Shown here: positions 9,996-18,975 of the stretch, in pieces
How the letters are laid out: every line of letters begins with the position of its first letter
Numbering within the stretch: position 1 is the stretch's first letter
IMG/VR virus record: IMGVR_UViG_3300025122_000005
Location: 32,001-96,000 of that record
Reading direction: 5' to 3' (one strand)
DNA from: a virus
DNA length: 64,000 bases
Made by a program: the position numbers and the translations under genes
The notes under the pieces: model-generated
The model's input: only the letters and a program-made list of their open reading frames with translations
Databases searched by the model: none
Told to the model about the DNA's origin: nothing

Positions 9996-10155
9996 AGTTG
10001 GTGATCTGGTCAGGTGGATCCCACGCACCACCGACAACCTTGTCGGGCTGGTGGTGGGAATAGAAGAAGATATTGGTCGCGCAAAGGTGTTTTGGCAGAA
10101 ATATAATGTTCATAAACTAGTAGAGTTGAAACACTTGGAGATTTTAAGAAAATGA
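9976..10155 (+). CDS. KVGDLV-family SH3-like protein (start uncertain)
   Basis: KVGDLVRW...GLVV...LEILRK; no ATG at the usual position. Confidence 0.55.
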   Translation: MLEHVVKVGDLVRWIPRTTDNLVGLVVGIEEDIGRAKVFWQKYNVHKLVELKHLEILRK

Positions 10156-10379
10156 AAAAAGGAGATCTTGTTCGCGCCGCCGCGAATTTGAACTCAGAAA
10201 CGACAATGAATTCTTGGACTCGCCACTTCGCCCTGGTGCCATCAGGTTCGATAGGGGTAATCATTACAGACGATAGGATTTCGTGGGGATCATGTGATCA
10301 CCAAGTGTATTTTAGTTGTGTAGGTCATAGTTGTTGGGTGTGGAGGGATGAGATAGAGTTGGTAGGTAAGGAGGAATAA
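10152..10379 (+). CDS. MKKGDLV-family SH3-like protein
   Basis: Family N-terminus; ends IELVGKEE. Confidence 0.75.
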   Translation: MKKGDLVRAAANLNSETTMNSWTRHFALVPSGSIGVIITDDRISWGSCDHQVYFSCVGHSCWVWRDEIELVGKEE

Positions 10380-10493
10380 CATGGTGTCTTTGCTGATATT
10401 GTTGATAGCAGTATATTCGCTGTTCGTGGCGTTTGTGGTAACAAACTGTAGCGAAAGCCCGTCGGAAAGAAATAAGGATTTTGATAATTTTTT

Positions 10494-10730
10494 ATGAAAA
10501 TAAAAACGCTTGACTTGCATGAGACGAAACACGCCGATGTTGAGGAAACCGTCGCAAGGTTTCTTAATTGGGTGGAAGTACCCTGCAGGATCATCACAGG
10601 AAATTCAGGAAGAATGAAAAACATTGTTGAAAAAATGGTTGACAAATATGGATATTCCTGCTATAATGAAAGTGCTTTTAATTTTGGTAGTTTTATCATA
10701 GTTGACCAAAAAATAAATGATTTTGAATAA
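10494..10730 (+). CDS. Smr-domain-like protein
   Basis: LDLHE...RIITGNSG matches the Smr DLHG...IITGxG pattern. Confidence 0.65.
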   Translation: MKIKTLDLHETKHADVEETVARFLNWVEVPCRIITGNSGRMKNIVEKMVDKYGYSCYNESAFNFGSFIIVDQKINDFE

Positions 10731-10733
10731 AAT

Positions 10734-10934
10734 ATGATACAGAGAAAAAGACATTTAGCTAAAGCAGTAACCTGGAGGTTTATTGCGACACTGACAACGT
10801 TTGTTATCGCTTATCTAGTCAGTGGTAGCTTTGCTTTGGGTGCTTCTATAGCATCGGTTGATGTCCTTGTTAAGACGGGACTATATTATTGGCATGAGAC
10901 ACTTTGGTACAAAACGAAATGGGGTATTAAATGA
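10734..10934 (+). CDS. DUF2061-like membrane protein
   Basis: RHLAKAVTWRFIAT...LYYWHETLW. Confidence 0.8.
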   Translation: MIQRKRHLAKAVTWRFIATLTTFVIAYLVSGSFALGASIASVDVLVKTGLYYWHETLWYKTKWGIK

Positions 10935-11257
10935 AGTACGATAAGTTGGTTAGAGATAAGATTCCTGACATTTTGGAGCAAGCAGGGAAGCATTACACTG
11001 CTCGAATCGTCGAGGATGAAGAATATGAGAAGTATCTTATAAAAAAGATGCAAGAAGAGACGGAAGAATTTCAGGAGACTCCGTGCTTGGAAGAGGCAGC
11101 AGACATGTATGAAGTCTTCCAAAAAATATTGATTCAATGGGGAATGTCGATGTCGGATGTTGAATTGGTTGCACACCATAAAAAAGAGTTGAAAGGTGCG
11201 TTCGAATATGGTATTATTCTTGAAGAAGTACATGAAATAGGAGATACAAATCAATGA
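10931..11257 (+). CDS. MazG/PRA-PH-like nucleoside triphosphate pyrophosphohydrolase
   Basis: YDKLVRDKIP, KMQEETEEF, EEAADMYEV, KGAFEYG. Confidence 0.85.
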   Translation: MKYDKLVRDKIPDILEQAGKHYTARIVEDEEYEKYLIKKMQEETEEFQETPCLEEAADMYEVFQKILIQWGMSMSDVELVAHHKKELKGAFEYGIILEEVHEIGDTNQ

Positions 11258-11511
11258 AATTAGAAAAGATAGTCAATATAATTGCTATTGTTCTTCTGTT
11301 GGCTCTTGGGGCAACAGCACTTATTGTAATGCAAAAAACAACAGAATCAAATGCGATCAGCACGAACGCAACGGTGAGACAATCTAAAAAACAGTCTCGC
11401 GTCGTGAAGGAGCTTCGTTTACTCAATATTGAACTGCGAAATCTTCAGAAAGATATGGCAGAAATAAGAGAGAGAGTAAGGAAGCAAAGAAAGTTACGAA
11501 TCAAAAAATGA
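11254..11511 (+). CDS. Membrane-anchored coiled-coil protein
   Basis: N-terminal TM helix, coiled-coil tail. Confidence 0.65.
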   Translation: MKLEKIVNIIAIVLLLALGATALIVMQKTTESNAISTNATVRQSKKQSRVVKELRLLNIELRNLQKDMAEIRERVRKQRKLRIKK

Positions 11512-11750
11512 AGTGGATAGCCGTTTTTTTTCTTTTGATTGGGTGCGAAACGGAAATGTCCGTTGGCACCCCGATAGGACTAGATTCCAGTGTAGAAAGT
11601 ACAGACTCGGAAAAGAATGTGTGTGTGGAAGGTTGGATTTGTTGGAATCCCGAATCATCTCAACATGGAGAGCCGTGTACTAGTGGATGTATGGTGAAGG
11701 GCGACAATACAAAATATTGTTATATGTCGATGATCTGTAATAAAAAATAA
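11508..11750 (+). CDS. Cys-rich lipoprotein
   Basis: Lipobox LLIG-C, further Cys residues. Confidence 0.6.
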   Translation: MKWIAVFFLLIGCETEMSVGTPIGLDSSVESTDSEKNVCVEGWICWNPESSQHGEPCTSGCMVKGDNTKYCYMSMICNKK

Positions 11751-11791
11751 TTCTTGAAATCTAAAAAAGAATATGCTATCATATAATTACT

Positions 11792-12352
11792 ATGGTGAGT
11801 TTGTTATTAACAACAATATCTGCGCTGATTATGTCGAACCCACTAGGTTTGTCTTGGGAGCAGAAATACGCTTATGATGCCGTTCCGGAGATAGGAAGCT
11901 ATAATTATGTCTACGGTGATGTATCCTGGGGTAGAATAGTATATGAAGGAGAAGACCTTCTAAGTACCTCGTCAGAAATAATATTAGAATTTGTAGAAAG
12001 AAAAATTGCTGTAGCAACTCTGTCTCTTGGTCCTTCCGGGTTGAACGAAGCGAATTGCATATTAAAATATAAAGAGATAAACAAACTACTGTCTCAGAAA
12101 TATGGCCGCATAAGACACAGCCTTATCATGCGAGATCCGCTCGTTGAAGACTTATTCTATAGTCGCGAATGCACTTCCATTAGGACGGGTTTGAAGTACT
12201 ACGAGAATACCTGGGAAACACGAGAATTTCAAATAAAAAGTTTTCTTTTTGGGGATGAAAACTTGATTGTTATTGAAGTAGAATATAGGATGAAATCCCT
12301 TGGTGAATCTCTAAAAAAGCGAGACAGAAAAAAAATACTGAAAAGAATCTAG
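11792..12352 (+). CDS. Secreted hypothetical protein
   Basis: Signal-peptide-like N-terminus; promoter at 11754-11782. Confidence 0.7.
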   Translation: MVSLLLTTISALIMSNPLGLSWEQKYAYDAVPEIGSYNYVYGDVSWGRIVYEGEDLLSTSSEIILEFVERKIAVATLSLGPSGLNEANCILKYKEINKLLSQKYGRIRHSLIMRDPLVEDLFYSRECTSIRTGLKYYENTWETREFQIKSFLFGDENLIVIEVEYRMKSLGESLKKRDRKKILKRI

Positions 12353-12377
12353 CCAACGTGGTAAAATATGGCCACGC

Positions 12378-12608
12378 ATGGATGGTTACAAAAAAAATGA
12401 CAGAGTTTTCATACGAGATTATCCTTTCGGAAGCCCCACAAACATATCTGGAGAGATAGTCGGTGTTTTAGGAAATGATTGTTTTAACGTAAAAATAAAA
12501 AATGGATGGAATGAGGGTAAAATTATTTCATTTAAATATTGGAAATTAATAAGAATTTCAGAAATACAAGAAAACTCTTGCAAAAACGAAAAAGAAACTG
12601 TATTATAG
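12378..12608 (+). CDS. Small SH3-like hypothetical protein
   Basis: KNDRVF...GEIV pattern. Confidence 0.65.
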   Translation: MDGYKKNDRVFIRDYPFGSPTNISGEIVGVLGNDCFNVKIKNGWNEGKIISFKYWKLIRISEIQENSCKNEKETVL

Positions 12609-12620
12609 AAATATAAAGAA

Positions 12621-12815
12621 ATGAGTTTTTTAAATAGAGAATTTTATATTCACACAGCCGAAGGGGATGCTTTACTAGTGGAGATTGTAGGTAGTTCAGA
12701 AACAATTAGTTTAACTGTTGGGGGTAAGCGTGTTGACCTAGAGGTCAACTCCGCATTTGACTTAGCAGAAGCAATCATACAAATAGCCAGCGAAATGGAG
12801 ATGCAAAATGGCTGA
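12621..12815 (+). CDS. Hypothetical protein
   Basis: Follows promoter 12578-12606. Confidence 0.7.
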   Translation: MSFLNREFYIHTAEGDALLVEIVGSSETISLTVGGKRVDLEVNSAFDLAEAIIQIASEMEMQNG

Positions 12816-13083
12816 TTTTGAGAAGAGAATAGGTAACGGAGTAGAGTGGCAAGTCATCACGAGCCATTCTCTTTCACGTGGATTTACTATTGACAACTTA
12901 GATTCTAAAACAATGGAACAGACAACTAGCAACTTTGAAAGACTGTTCGTATCAATCAGGAGTATCTTAGAAAAAAATGAATCGTATTGCATGGATGTGG
13001 AAGAAGAAAGACTCCAGGTTTGCCAGGACTTGGCAAAGAAGATTAGTGAGAATTACTCACAGATATTTGAAAAAAAGAAGTAA
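12808..13083 (+). CDS. Hypothetical protein
   Basis: Overlapping ORF chain. Confidence 0.7.
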   Translation: MADFEKRIGNGVEWQVITSHSLSRGFTIDNLDSKTMEQTTSNFERLFVSIRSILEKNESYCMDVEEERLQVCQDLAKKISENYSQIFEKKK

Positions 13084-13144
13084 AAGGAACGCCTTTGTGG
13101 AGGATCCTACAGAAGGGTACCACCACCCGGAAGCATGGTGAGTT

Positions 13145-13390
13145 ATGACCAGAGGAGAATCTCTCAGAGTTTTGATTGACTACGATTTGTTTGGAACAAA
13201 CGCCAAAGGCGAGGTCGGCGTCTATTTAAAGACAGATCAAGTGACCAATAAACATTTGGTATATTTTCTAGAAATTGAAGAGTGGGGAGAGTTTAAAGAC
13301 GAGTGGGTTGAGAGAGTCGATCCAGATAAGGTCCCCCCTGTTCATGAAGAATTAGTTTCCAGAATTACTACCTTGAAAATAACTTATTAA
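13145..13390 (+). CDS. Hypothetical protein
   Basis: ORF. Confidence 0.65.
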   Translation: MTRGESLRVLIDYDLFGTNAKGEVGVYLKTDQVTNKHLVYFLEIEEWGEFKDEWVERVDPDKVPPVHEELVSRITTLKITY

Positions 13391-13400
13391 TCTAATTAAA

Positions 13401-13589
13401 ATGAAGAAAGAAGAGGTTAGAACAAATTGTATGGTTTGGAGCAAGAGGTTCCAATGTTACGGGCAGGCTCTTGCCCAGAAAGAGTTTATGGTTCTAGTAT
13501 TGTTTGTTAGGCACCCTAGAATTTGGCTGCACTGTTCAGAAATTTGTTTAGATCCCACGAAGGAAGATGAAGCATGGATAAAGAAATAA
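13401..13589 (+). CDS. Hypothetical protein
   Basis: ORF. Confidence 0.55.
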   Translation: MKKEEVRTNCMVWSKRFQCYGQALAQKEFMVLVLFVRHPRIWLHCSEICLDPTKEDEAWIKK

Positions 13590-13780
13590 AACCTGGTATG
13601 CTAGTTAGATACTTTTCTGGCCAGCCCAGAGAGCACATCGGACTATTGGTGAAAATACACCATGGCGACGGGATGGGTTTTGGCGAGGGTCAACTGGATT
13701 ACTTATGTGAGATCCTTCCTAGAAACCAACGCTCAACAATTGTAAAACTGCTATCTGGAATAACGGAAGTTGCAAAATGA
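13574..13780 (+). CDS. Small SH3-like protein (KPGMLV family)
   Basis: IKPGMLVRY...GLLV...ITEVAK. Confidence 0.65.
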   Translation: MDKEIKPGMLVRYFSGQPREHIGLLVKIHHGDGMGFGEGQLDYLCEILPRNQRSTIVKLLSGITEVAK

Positions 13781-14229
13781 GCAGAAAGATTGTGTCAATT
13801 TCATTTTTGTATGCTGACGAACGCATCCGTATTGATGCTGACAAAGGCGGAAAGTTTCCTTTGCCCAAAATAAAAAGGAGGCTGCTCTCGGGAGGCAGTG
13901 TTTCTTACATGCACCCCTATACTGCGAAACAATTTATAGAACATGAGAAGATTAAATATGCTGATCCTGTTTTGGCTTTATCGGACGGGTCTAAACTGAG
14001 GGTTTTCCTTTCAGCAGACCCTACTGGACCTGTGGTGGAATCAATAAGCGCGATAGAGATCCACGACAGGATTCATAATTTAAAAACAAGGCTTTTGAAA
14101 AACTCAAAGAAATCCTCCGCCAAGGGAGGAAGTAAAAAGAAGCCTGTCAACGGTACCAAAAGAGGAAAAGACAATTCCAATTATCCCTTTTTTGATTTTG
14201 AGTACGATGACGACTACGATATAGATTGA
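13777..14229 (+). CDS. Hypothetical protein
   Basis: ORF with basic and acidic tail. Confidence 0.7.
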   Translation: MSRKIVSISFLYADERIRIDADKGGKFPLPKIKRRLLSGGSVSYMHPYTAKQFIEHEKIKYADPVLALSDGSKLRVFLSADPTGPVVESISAIEIHDRIHNLKTRLLKNSKKSSAKGGSKKKPVNGTKRGKDNSNYPFFDFEYDDDYDID

Positions 14230-14235
14230 GGTAGA

Positions 14236-14445
14236 ATGAGGTATATAATAATTTTGTTTTCTTTCTTTGTATTACAGGGGTGTCCTCCAGAACACTTGGC
14301 ACCGGACGCTTGCAGGAAGGTAGTTGAATGCAGCATTGATGAAGAGAGCTTCTGTGACCCAATGGACAAATGTAACTTAACGTGTTACCATAATTTTTCA
14401 GAATATTGTATTGAGAAAACCGTTTGTCCTGAAGAAAAAAAATAA
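14236..14445 (+). CDS. Cys-rich lipoprotein
   Basis: Lipobox VLQG-C, multiple Cys. Confidence 0.6.
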   Translation: MRYIIILFSFFVLQGCPPEHLAPDACRKVVECSIDEESFCDPMDKCNLTCYHNFSEYCIEKTVCPEEKK

Positions 14446-14514
14446 AAAAACTCTTGACTTTTAAAAAATAATGTTGTATTATTTAAAAAATCAACAAATT
14501 GGAAAATATTTAAA

Positions 14515-15141
14515 ATGCTTGAAAGAATCAATAACCTTCTGGATTCGCCTAGACTAAACGCCAATAATTGGGAAATAAATTTCTTGGGTAGCATCAAAGA
14601 GCAGGCTAAAAAACGTGATCTGACACATCCTCAGATAAAATACCTTGAGAGAATAGAAGAGAAAAACACAAAAGAGGTTCATAAAGAAATGGACCGCTGG
14701 CTTGACGAGTGGGATTCTGAACGTCAAGAGATAGCTAGGGTTGTCTCGCTATACTATCGTAATGAGGGATTTTATTTCTCAAGCCTTACTAGTAAAATAC
14801 TTGACCAAAGCTATGTGCCCACTGCGAGTGAATATGCAAAGTTGTGTGAGAACAAGTATGCTTCCAAGATCAGAGAAGCGCATTTTAAAGAGGAAAAGTT
14901 CCCGGTCAACAGTGTTGTCCAGGTGAGGAAGGTGTGCTCTGCAAACAAGCACTACAGGAAAGAAAATGGTGGACACACGAGGCTTAACGATGCTTTCGCT
15001 ATTGTGATTGAGACAAACGCTTTGCCTGTCCGACGCGCAGCACTTGGTGCAAAAGTTTATAAGATTCTTCCGTTCGGTTCTAATCGACCGTACTATGTAT
15101 CCGAGAGCGATCTTAAAAAGGCGCGCAAGATTAAAAAGTGA
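14515..15141 (+). CDS. Hypothetical protein with C-terminal SH3-like domain
   Basis: Promoter 14454-14482; FPVNSVVQV...AIVI...ESDLKKAR. Confidence 0.75.
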   Translation: MLERINNLLDSPRLNANNWEINFLGSIKEQAKKRDLTHPQIKYLERIEEKNTKEVHKEMDRWLDEWDSERQEIARVVSLYYRNEGFYFSSLTSKILDQSYVPTASEYAKLCENKYASKIREAHFKEEKFPVNSVVQVRKVCSANKHYRKENGGHTRLNDAFAIVIETNALPVRRAALGAKVYKILPFGSNRPYYVSESDLKKARKIKK

Positions 15142-15152
15142 GGAAGAAAATT

Positions 15153-15491
15153 ATGAAAACATTAACGATCTGTGCATTGTTGGCTGTTGGTTGCGGCGGC
15201 AATATGCACCACCAATTTACAACTGCTTTAGACAATGCCGATGAACAAGCCAAGAAGGAGATTATAACTCTTGAAGCGGAAAGAGAAGACTTATACTATG
15301 AGCTAATAGTGCAGGCCGTCGATAAGAGGGACGATAAAGAGGCAGCATGGCTGTGGTTTGTCGCAACAAAGTTTGGCTACGATGACAGAATGGCCTCCAT
15401 ACTTCACAAGCGTATCGGCGTGGAAGACTCCGAGAGATTCAACAAGTTTGTACACATGTTGCGCCACCACACACACCTACTAGAAGAATGA
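15153..15491 (+). CDS. Putative lipoprotein
   Basis: Lipobox LAVG-C. Confidence 0.6.
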   Translation: MKTLTICALLAVGCGGNMHHQFTTALDNADEQAKKEIITLEAEREDLYYELIVQAVDKRDDKEAAWLWFVATKFGYDDRMASILHKRIGVEDSERFNKFVHMLRHHTHLLEE

Positions 15492-15582
15492 CGACGTATG
15501 TTCTCTTCAAGATCTTTATGGCACTAGTTATTAGCCTTGCCGTTTGTTTCGCATTGGGCGAGGCATTCTATGGAGGTCGCAA

Positions 15583-15750
15583 ATGAAAGTCGGTGATTTG
15601 GTAAAAACAAAGTCTGGGTTTTACCGTCGAGGAATACTGGTTAAACGAGTGTGGGAATCGGCGGGTATGTTTAATATTTTGTGGGCAGACGGGATGATGG
15701 GCTATCGTGTTCGTGATTATGACTTGGAGGTAATCAGTGAAAGTCGGTGA
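15583..15750 (+). CDS. MKVGDLV cassette protein (55 aa)
   Basis: GGAGG SD; MKVGDLVKTKSGFYRRG...DLEVISESR. Confidence 0.85.
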   Translation: MKVGDLVKTKSGFYRRGILVKRVWESAGMFNILWADGMMGYRVRDYDLEVISESR

Positions 15751-15919
15751 CTTGGTGATGCCAAAAGACAAAGGCTGGAAGAAATACAGGAAATCTATGG
15801 GTATTGTGGTTGAACGCCTTCATTGGGGAATGGAGACAGCGATAGTACACTGGTTCTCGGGAGACCGGAACGAGTGGGGACTTAATCAATTAAAAATAAT
15901 CAGTAAAATTAATACTTGA
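15737..15919 (+). CDS. MKVGDLV cassette protein
   Basis: GTG start inside the junction repeat. Confidence 0.85.
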   Translation: MKVGDLVMPKDKGWKKYRKSMGIVVERLHWGMETAIVHWFSGDRNEWGLNQLKIISKINT

Positions 15920-15972
15920 CTTTCGAAAAATAATCTGATACGATAAAAAAAGTTATGAAGATTTGAGGTTTT

Positions 15973-16218
15973 TTGTTGAATTATTATTTAAGGGCCGGGG
16001 ATGCGTTGTACCGAAAAGAGACAAGCGCATACGGAATACTGATAAAGAAAAAAGGCAAGAAGTGGTATTATTCTCTTCGTTCTCCTTCCATTGTAGATAA
16101 TGAGACATATATCGTTGGCGAGTACAGTGTGCGTTCAAAGTTGTTATACGCCAATATTGATCAAGGGTTTCTCGAAATCTTCTACGGATCAAAAAAGAAT
16201 AGAAGGGTGAGAAAATGA
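15973..16218 (+). CDS. Small SH3-like protein
   Basis: RAGDAL...GILI...LEIFY; follows promoter 15916. Confidence 0.6.
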   Translation: MLNYYLRAGDALYRKETSAYGILIKKKGKKWYYSLRSPSIVDNETYIVGEYSVRSKLLYANIDQGFLEIFYGSKKNRRVRK

Positions 16219-16397
16219 AGCCTGGTGATCTGGTTAGGTATCGTTCAGAGGTCAGAATCAACGGCCGCCACATCGAGGATATTTTTATTGTCCAACGCAT
16301 CGAACATGAAAATGATTGGGCGTTTGTGTACGGAAACGAAGTCCCGATACAGGGACGCTTGCTGGAGGTTATCAGCAACGGGGTGAGCATTCCATGA
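16215..16397 (+). CDS. MKPGDLV cassette protein
   Basis: Ends LEVISNGVSIP. Confidence 0.8.
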   Translation: MKPGDLVRYRSEVRINGRHIEDIFIVQRIEHENDWAFVYGNEVPIQGRLLEVISNGVSIP

Positions 16398-16588
16398 AAG
16401 TCGGTGACTTGGTAAAGGCAGCTCCTGGTACCGGTAGGGACACAGGTGTCATTGTTCATGAATTGTTACGCGACCGCCGCCGCTGGAGGCTTTTCAAGGT
16501 GTTGTGGAATACACACCTGCCGACATCGCCTACTATGGTTGGTCCGGCTTGGGAGCATAACTTGGAGGTTATAAGTGAGGCAAAGTAG
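16394..16588 (+). CDS. MKVGDLV cassette protein
   Basis: Start at ATG 16394; ends LEVISEAK. Confidence 0.8.
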   Translation: MKVGDLVKAAPGTGRDTGVIVHELLRDRRRWRLFKVLWNTHLPTSPTMVGPAWEHNLEVISEAK

Positions 16589-16589
16589 A

Positions 16590-16826
16590 ATGCCAAAACT
16601 TGGTGACTTGCTCGTTGTCACGCCACACCATCTTGGAGTCTGCCGGTACGTCGGCACGGTTTACGAGATTCGCTTGGATAAGTGGGGGCACCAAAACAAT
16701 GTGCTTGTTGCATGGCAAGGGGACATAGCCCCGAATTATAATCGCCTGCATGGCTATTCTGGTACGAACATCCATAACTTAAGAAGCGAATTTAGGGTTA
16801 TCAGGAACGGGGTGGACATCCCATGA
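16590..16826 (+). CDS. MPKLGDL cassette protein
   Basis: Ends RVIRNGVDIP. Confidence 0.75.
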   Translation: MPKLGDLLVVTPHHLGVCRYVGTVYEIRLDKWGHQNNVLVAWQGDIAPNYNRLHGYSGTNIHNLRSEFRVIRNGVDIP

Positions 16827-17026
16827 AAGTCGGGGACCTAGTAAGATACAATTCCGAATATATAGGTGTTGATTCCATTGCCATAATTATCTCGGTTGGA
16901 TACGGCGAAGAATATACGGACACTGAACAAAGCCCTGCCTTAAACCCTGATATTTGGGTGCTGGTTGACGGCAACAAAGTACGATGGAACGAACGATACG
17001 TGGAGTTGATCAGTGAAGGTCGGTGA
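16823..17026 (+). CDS. MKVGDLV cassette protein (paralog of 23392-23595)
   Basis: IISVGYGEEYTDTEQS shared with the paralog. Confidence 0.85.
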   Translation: MKVGDLVRYNSEYIGVDSIAIIISVGYGEEYTDTEQSPALNPDIWVLVDGNKVRWNERYVELISEGR

Positions 17027-17204
17027 TTTGGTAAAGGATAATTATCCTACTCGTGCTTACATGAATAAAGTTGGTGTGCTTATGGCACAAACCCGACTAG
17101 GCACATCTCGTCTAAACAAGGTTTTCAGGGTTTTGTGGCAGGATGGCACCGTCGGAGAAAATGTGTGGGACTATGATTTGGAGCTAATCAATGAAAGTCG
17201 GTGA
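17013..17204 (+). CDS. MKVGDLV cassette protein (C-half shared with 23226-23405)
   Basis: NKVFRVLW...NVWDYDLELI. Confidence 0.85.
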   Translation: MKVGDLVKDNYPTRAYMNKVGVLMAQTRLGTSRLNKVFRVLWQDGTVGENVWDYDLELINESR

Positions 17205-17397
17205 CTTGGTGCAATTATCTGCTTATGCTAGAAACTTAAAACACTTTTATGTTGGCCGGGACCGAGACATCGGGCTGATTGTTCGAACGGCGTGGGGGTC
17301 CTTTTATTCAGTTAGGTGGTGCTCTGACAATAAGTTATCGGCAAACATGGATAGGAGAGATTTAAAGTATGCGAAAAGCAAAAATATCTCAGGGTGA
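17191..17397 (+). CDS. MKVGDLV cassette protein
   Basis: ATG start inside the junction repeat. Confidence 0.85.
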   Translation: MKVGDLVQLSAYARNLKHFYVGRDRDIGLIVRTAWGSFYSVRWCSDNKLSANMDRRDLKYAKSKNISG

Positions 17398-17593
17398 TCT
17401 GGTGAGGGTTGATTATCCTGGGACTTCTATTCATAACATAACTGCACTGGTTGCAGGGTTGGGGTTCACCGACGATTATTGTCATGACTCCGATAGGCAA
17501 ATCGAGATTTTGATCTGTGATACGGCCAAACCGATAATGATAAGAAGAAAATGGATTAAAATTATTTCTAAAATAAAAGAAAAAAGTCCTTGA
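17369..17593 (+). CDS. QGDLV-family SH3-like protein
   Basis: ISQGDLVRV...IKIISKI. Confidence 0.7.
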   Translation: MRKAKISQGDLVRVDYPGTSIHNITALVAGLGFTDDYCHDSDRQIEILICDTAKPIMIRRKWIKIISKIKEKSP

Positions 17594-17625
17594 CTTTTTA
17601 AAAAAATATGGTATTCTAAAAATAG

Positions 17626-17868
17626 ATGAGACAAAGATTTGACATTGGAGACTTGATTGAGGTTTCTCTTCCAACGCCGTCCGACAAAATAAAGAAAGAA
17701 CGGGGAATCGTTTTGGAAACTCAAATAATTAATAATCACTTACTGGATGAAAGAAGTCACTGGCATGTTGATGAATACAAGTGTAAAGTAAGATTTATAG
17801 GCGACGACACACCACCTAGATGGGTTAGAGCCAAGTGGCTAAAACATATTTCTAAGATAGAAGAATAA
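17626..17868 (+). CDS. IGDLI-family SH3-like protein
   Basis: FDIGDLIEV...GIV...KHISKI. Confidence 0.75.
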   Translation: MRQRFDIGDLIEVSLPTPSDKIKKERGIVLETQIINNHLLDERSHWHVDEYKCKVRFIGDDTPPRWVRAKWLKHISKIEE

Positions 17869-17881
17869 GAGGAAAATAACA

Positions 17882-18772
17882 ATGAGTTGGAATGGTACTT
17901 GCTATTGTGGCTATTGCGGTGAAAGAGGGCACAATAGAAGGTCGTGCGCCACCCGCAAAGCAGACGACGACCGTACTCTTGAAGTCGCACCGGACTCACG
18001 TGAGGCCAAGCGAATTCTCTCACAGCGAAGATACGATAGGGAAAACAATAAAAAGAGCGCAAGGTATCGTTCCTGCACTTACTGTCGTGAGCCTGGACAT
18101 AACCGTAGAGGATGCCCCCTTAAAAAAGGAGACAAAGCACGCCTTCAGGAGAGATTTACCGAATATCGAAAAGTCTTTGCTGAAGAGTTGCAGAGGTCCG
18201 GTATCGGACCCGGAGCCCTCATAAGGTTTCCCCTGGACCACGGTCGCAACTTCCATTCAAGTCGCCATAAGTTTTTCACTATCGTTGGGCTTGTGACCAA
18301 AGTATATTGGGAGGAGGTGAGCAATAAACTCCAAGACGTTGATCTTACGCATTATCGTGCCCTCGAATATGGAGAAAGAGGTTTGGCGGAAATTCGTGTG
18401 GTTTCCACTGACGCTATAGAGGGAGAAGACCGCTGGACGATACCCACAAGACACGGAGAGCAAGTGGTTGTTCGATCACTTCTTTTTGCTCAGACTCTTC
18501 CAGACGCTTTTGCGACTACAGTTTTGGCAGACCAGCGTAGAGACGACAATAATCTCAACGATGATAAGCTCATGGGAAGGGTTGAGATCTTAAGCCCTGC
18601 CCCTTCTGTTACCGCACCGGAAGGATTTTTTGATGCTGGTCCTACGGAGTATGTACTGCGATCATATAATATCGAGCCCCGACGGGACGGCGACAAAGGA
18701 AGGTTAGGGTTAATGCACCCTTTAATGGAGGCACTTTATCCTGAAAACAAAGAAGAAATGGAAAAAGATTAA
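17882..18772 (+). CDS. Protein with two CCHC zinc knuckles
   Basis: CGYCGERGHNRRSC and CTYCREPGHNRRGC are exact CX2CX4HX4C motifs. Confidence 0.85.
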   Translation: MSWNGTCYCGYCGERGHNRRSCATRKADDDRTLEVAPDSREAKRILSQRRYDRENNKKSARYRSCTYCREPGHNRRGCPLKKGDKARLQERFTEYRKVFAEELQRSGIGPGALIRFPLDHGRNFHSSRHKFFTIVGLVTKVYWEEVSNKLQDVDLTHYRALEYGERGLAEIRVVSTDAIEGEDRWTIPTRHGEQVVVRSLLFAQTLPDAFATTVLADQRRDDNNLNDDKLMGRVEILSPAPSVTAPEGFFDAGPTEYVLRSYNIEPRRDGDKGRLGLMHPLMEALYPENKEEMEKD

Positions 18773-18975
18773 TGGACCCTTTTGAATTACATCCAGAAAC
18801 AAAAAAGAGTTTTGAGAAAAAAACTAAAAAATTCTTGACAAAGAAAGAAATATTTGGTATCTTAGATACAGAAATTAAGCAGTTTAAAAGAAGTGATTAT
18901 ATTTTAGTTGCTGGCATTCTTGAAAAAATTAAAGAAAAGATAGGAAAACTCACCGAAAGGAAACTTAATGAGTAA
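18772..18975 (+). CDS. Hypothetical protein
   Basis: TAATG-coupled ORF. Confidence 0.5.
   Translation: MDPFELHPETKKSFEKKTKKFLTKKEIFGILDTEIKQFKRSDYILVAGILEKIKEKIGKLTERKLNE

Larger units (their letters stand above)
15724..17210 (+). repeat. Cassette junction repeats of array 1 (33-bp copies at 15724, 17000, 17178; longer variants at about 16372 and 16795)
   Basis: Consensus YTGGAGSTNATCAGTGAAAGTCGGTGAYTTGGT. Confidence 0.9.
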
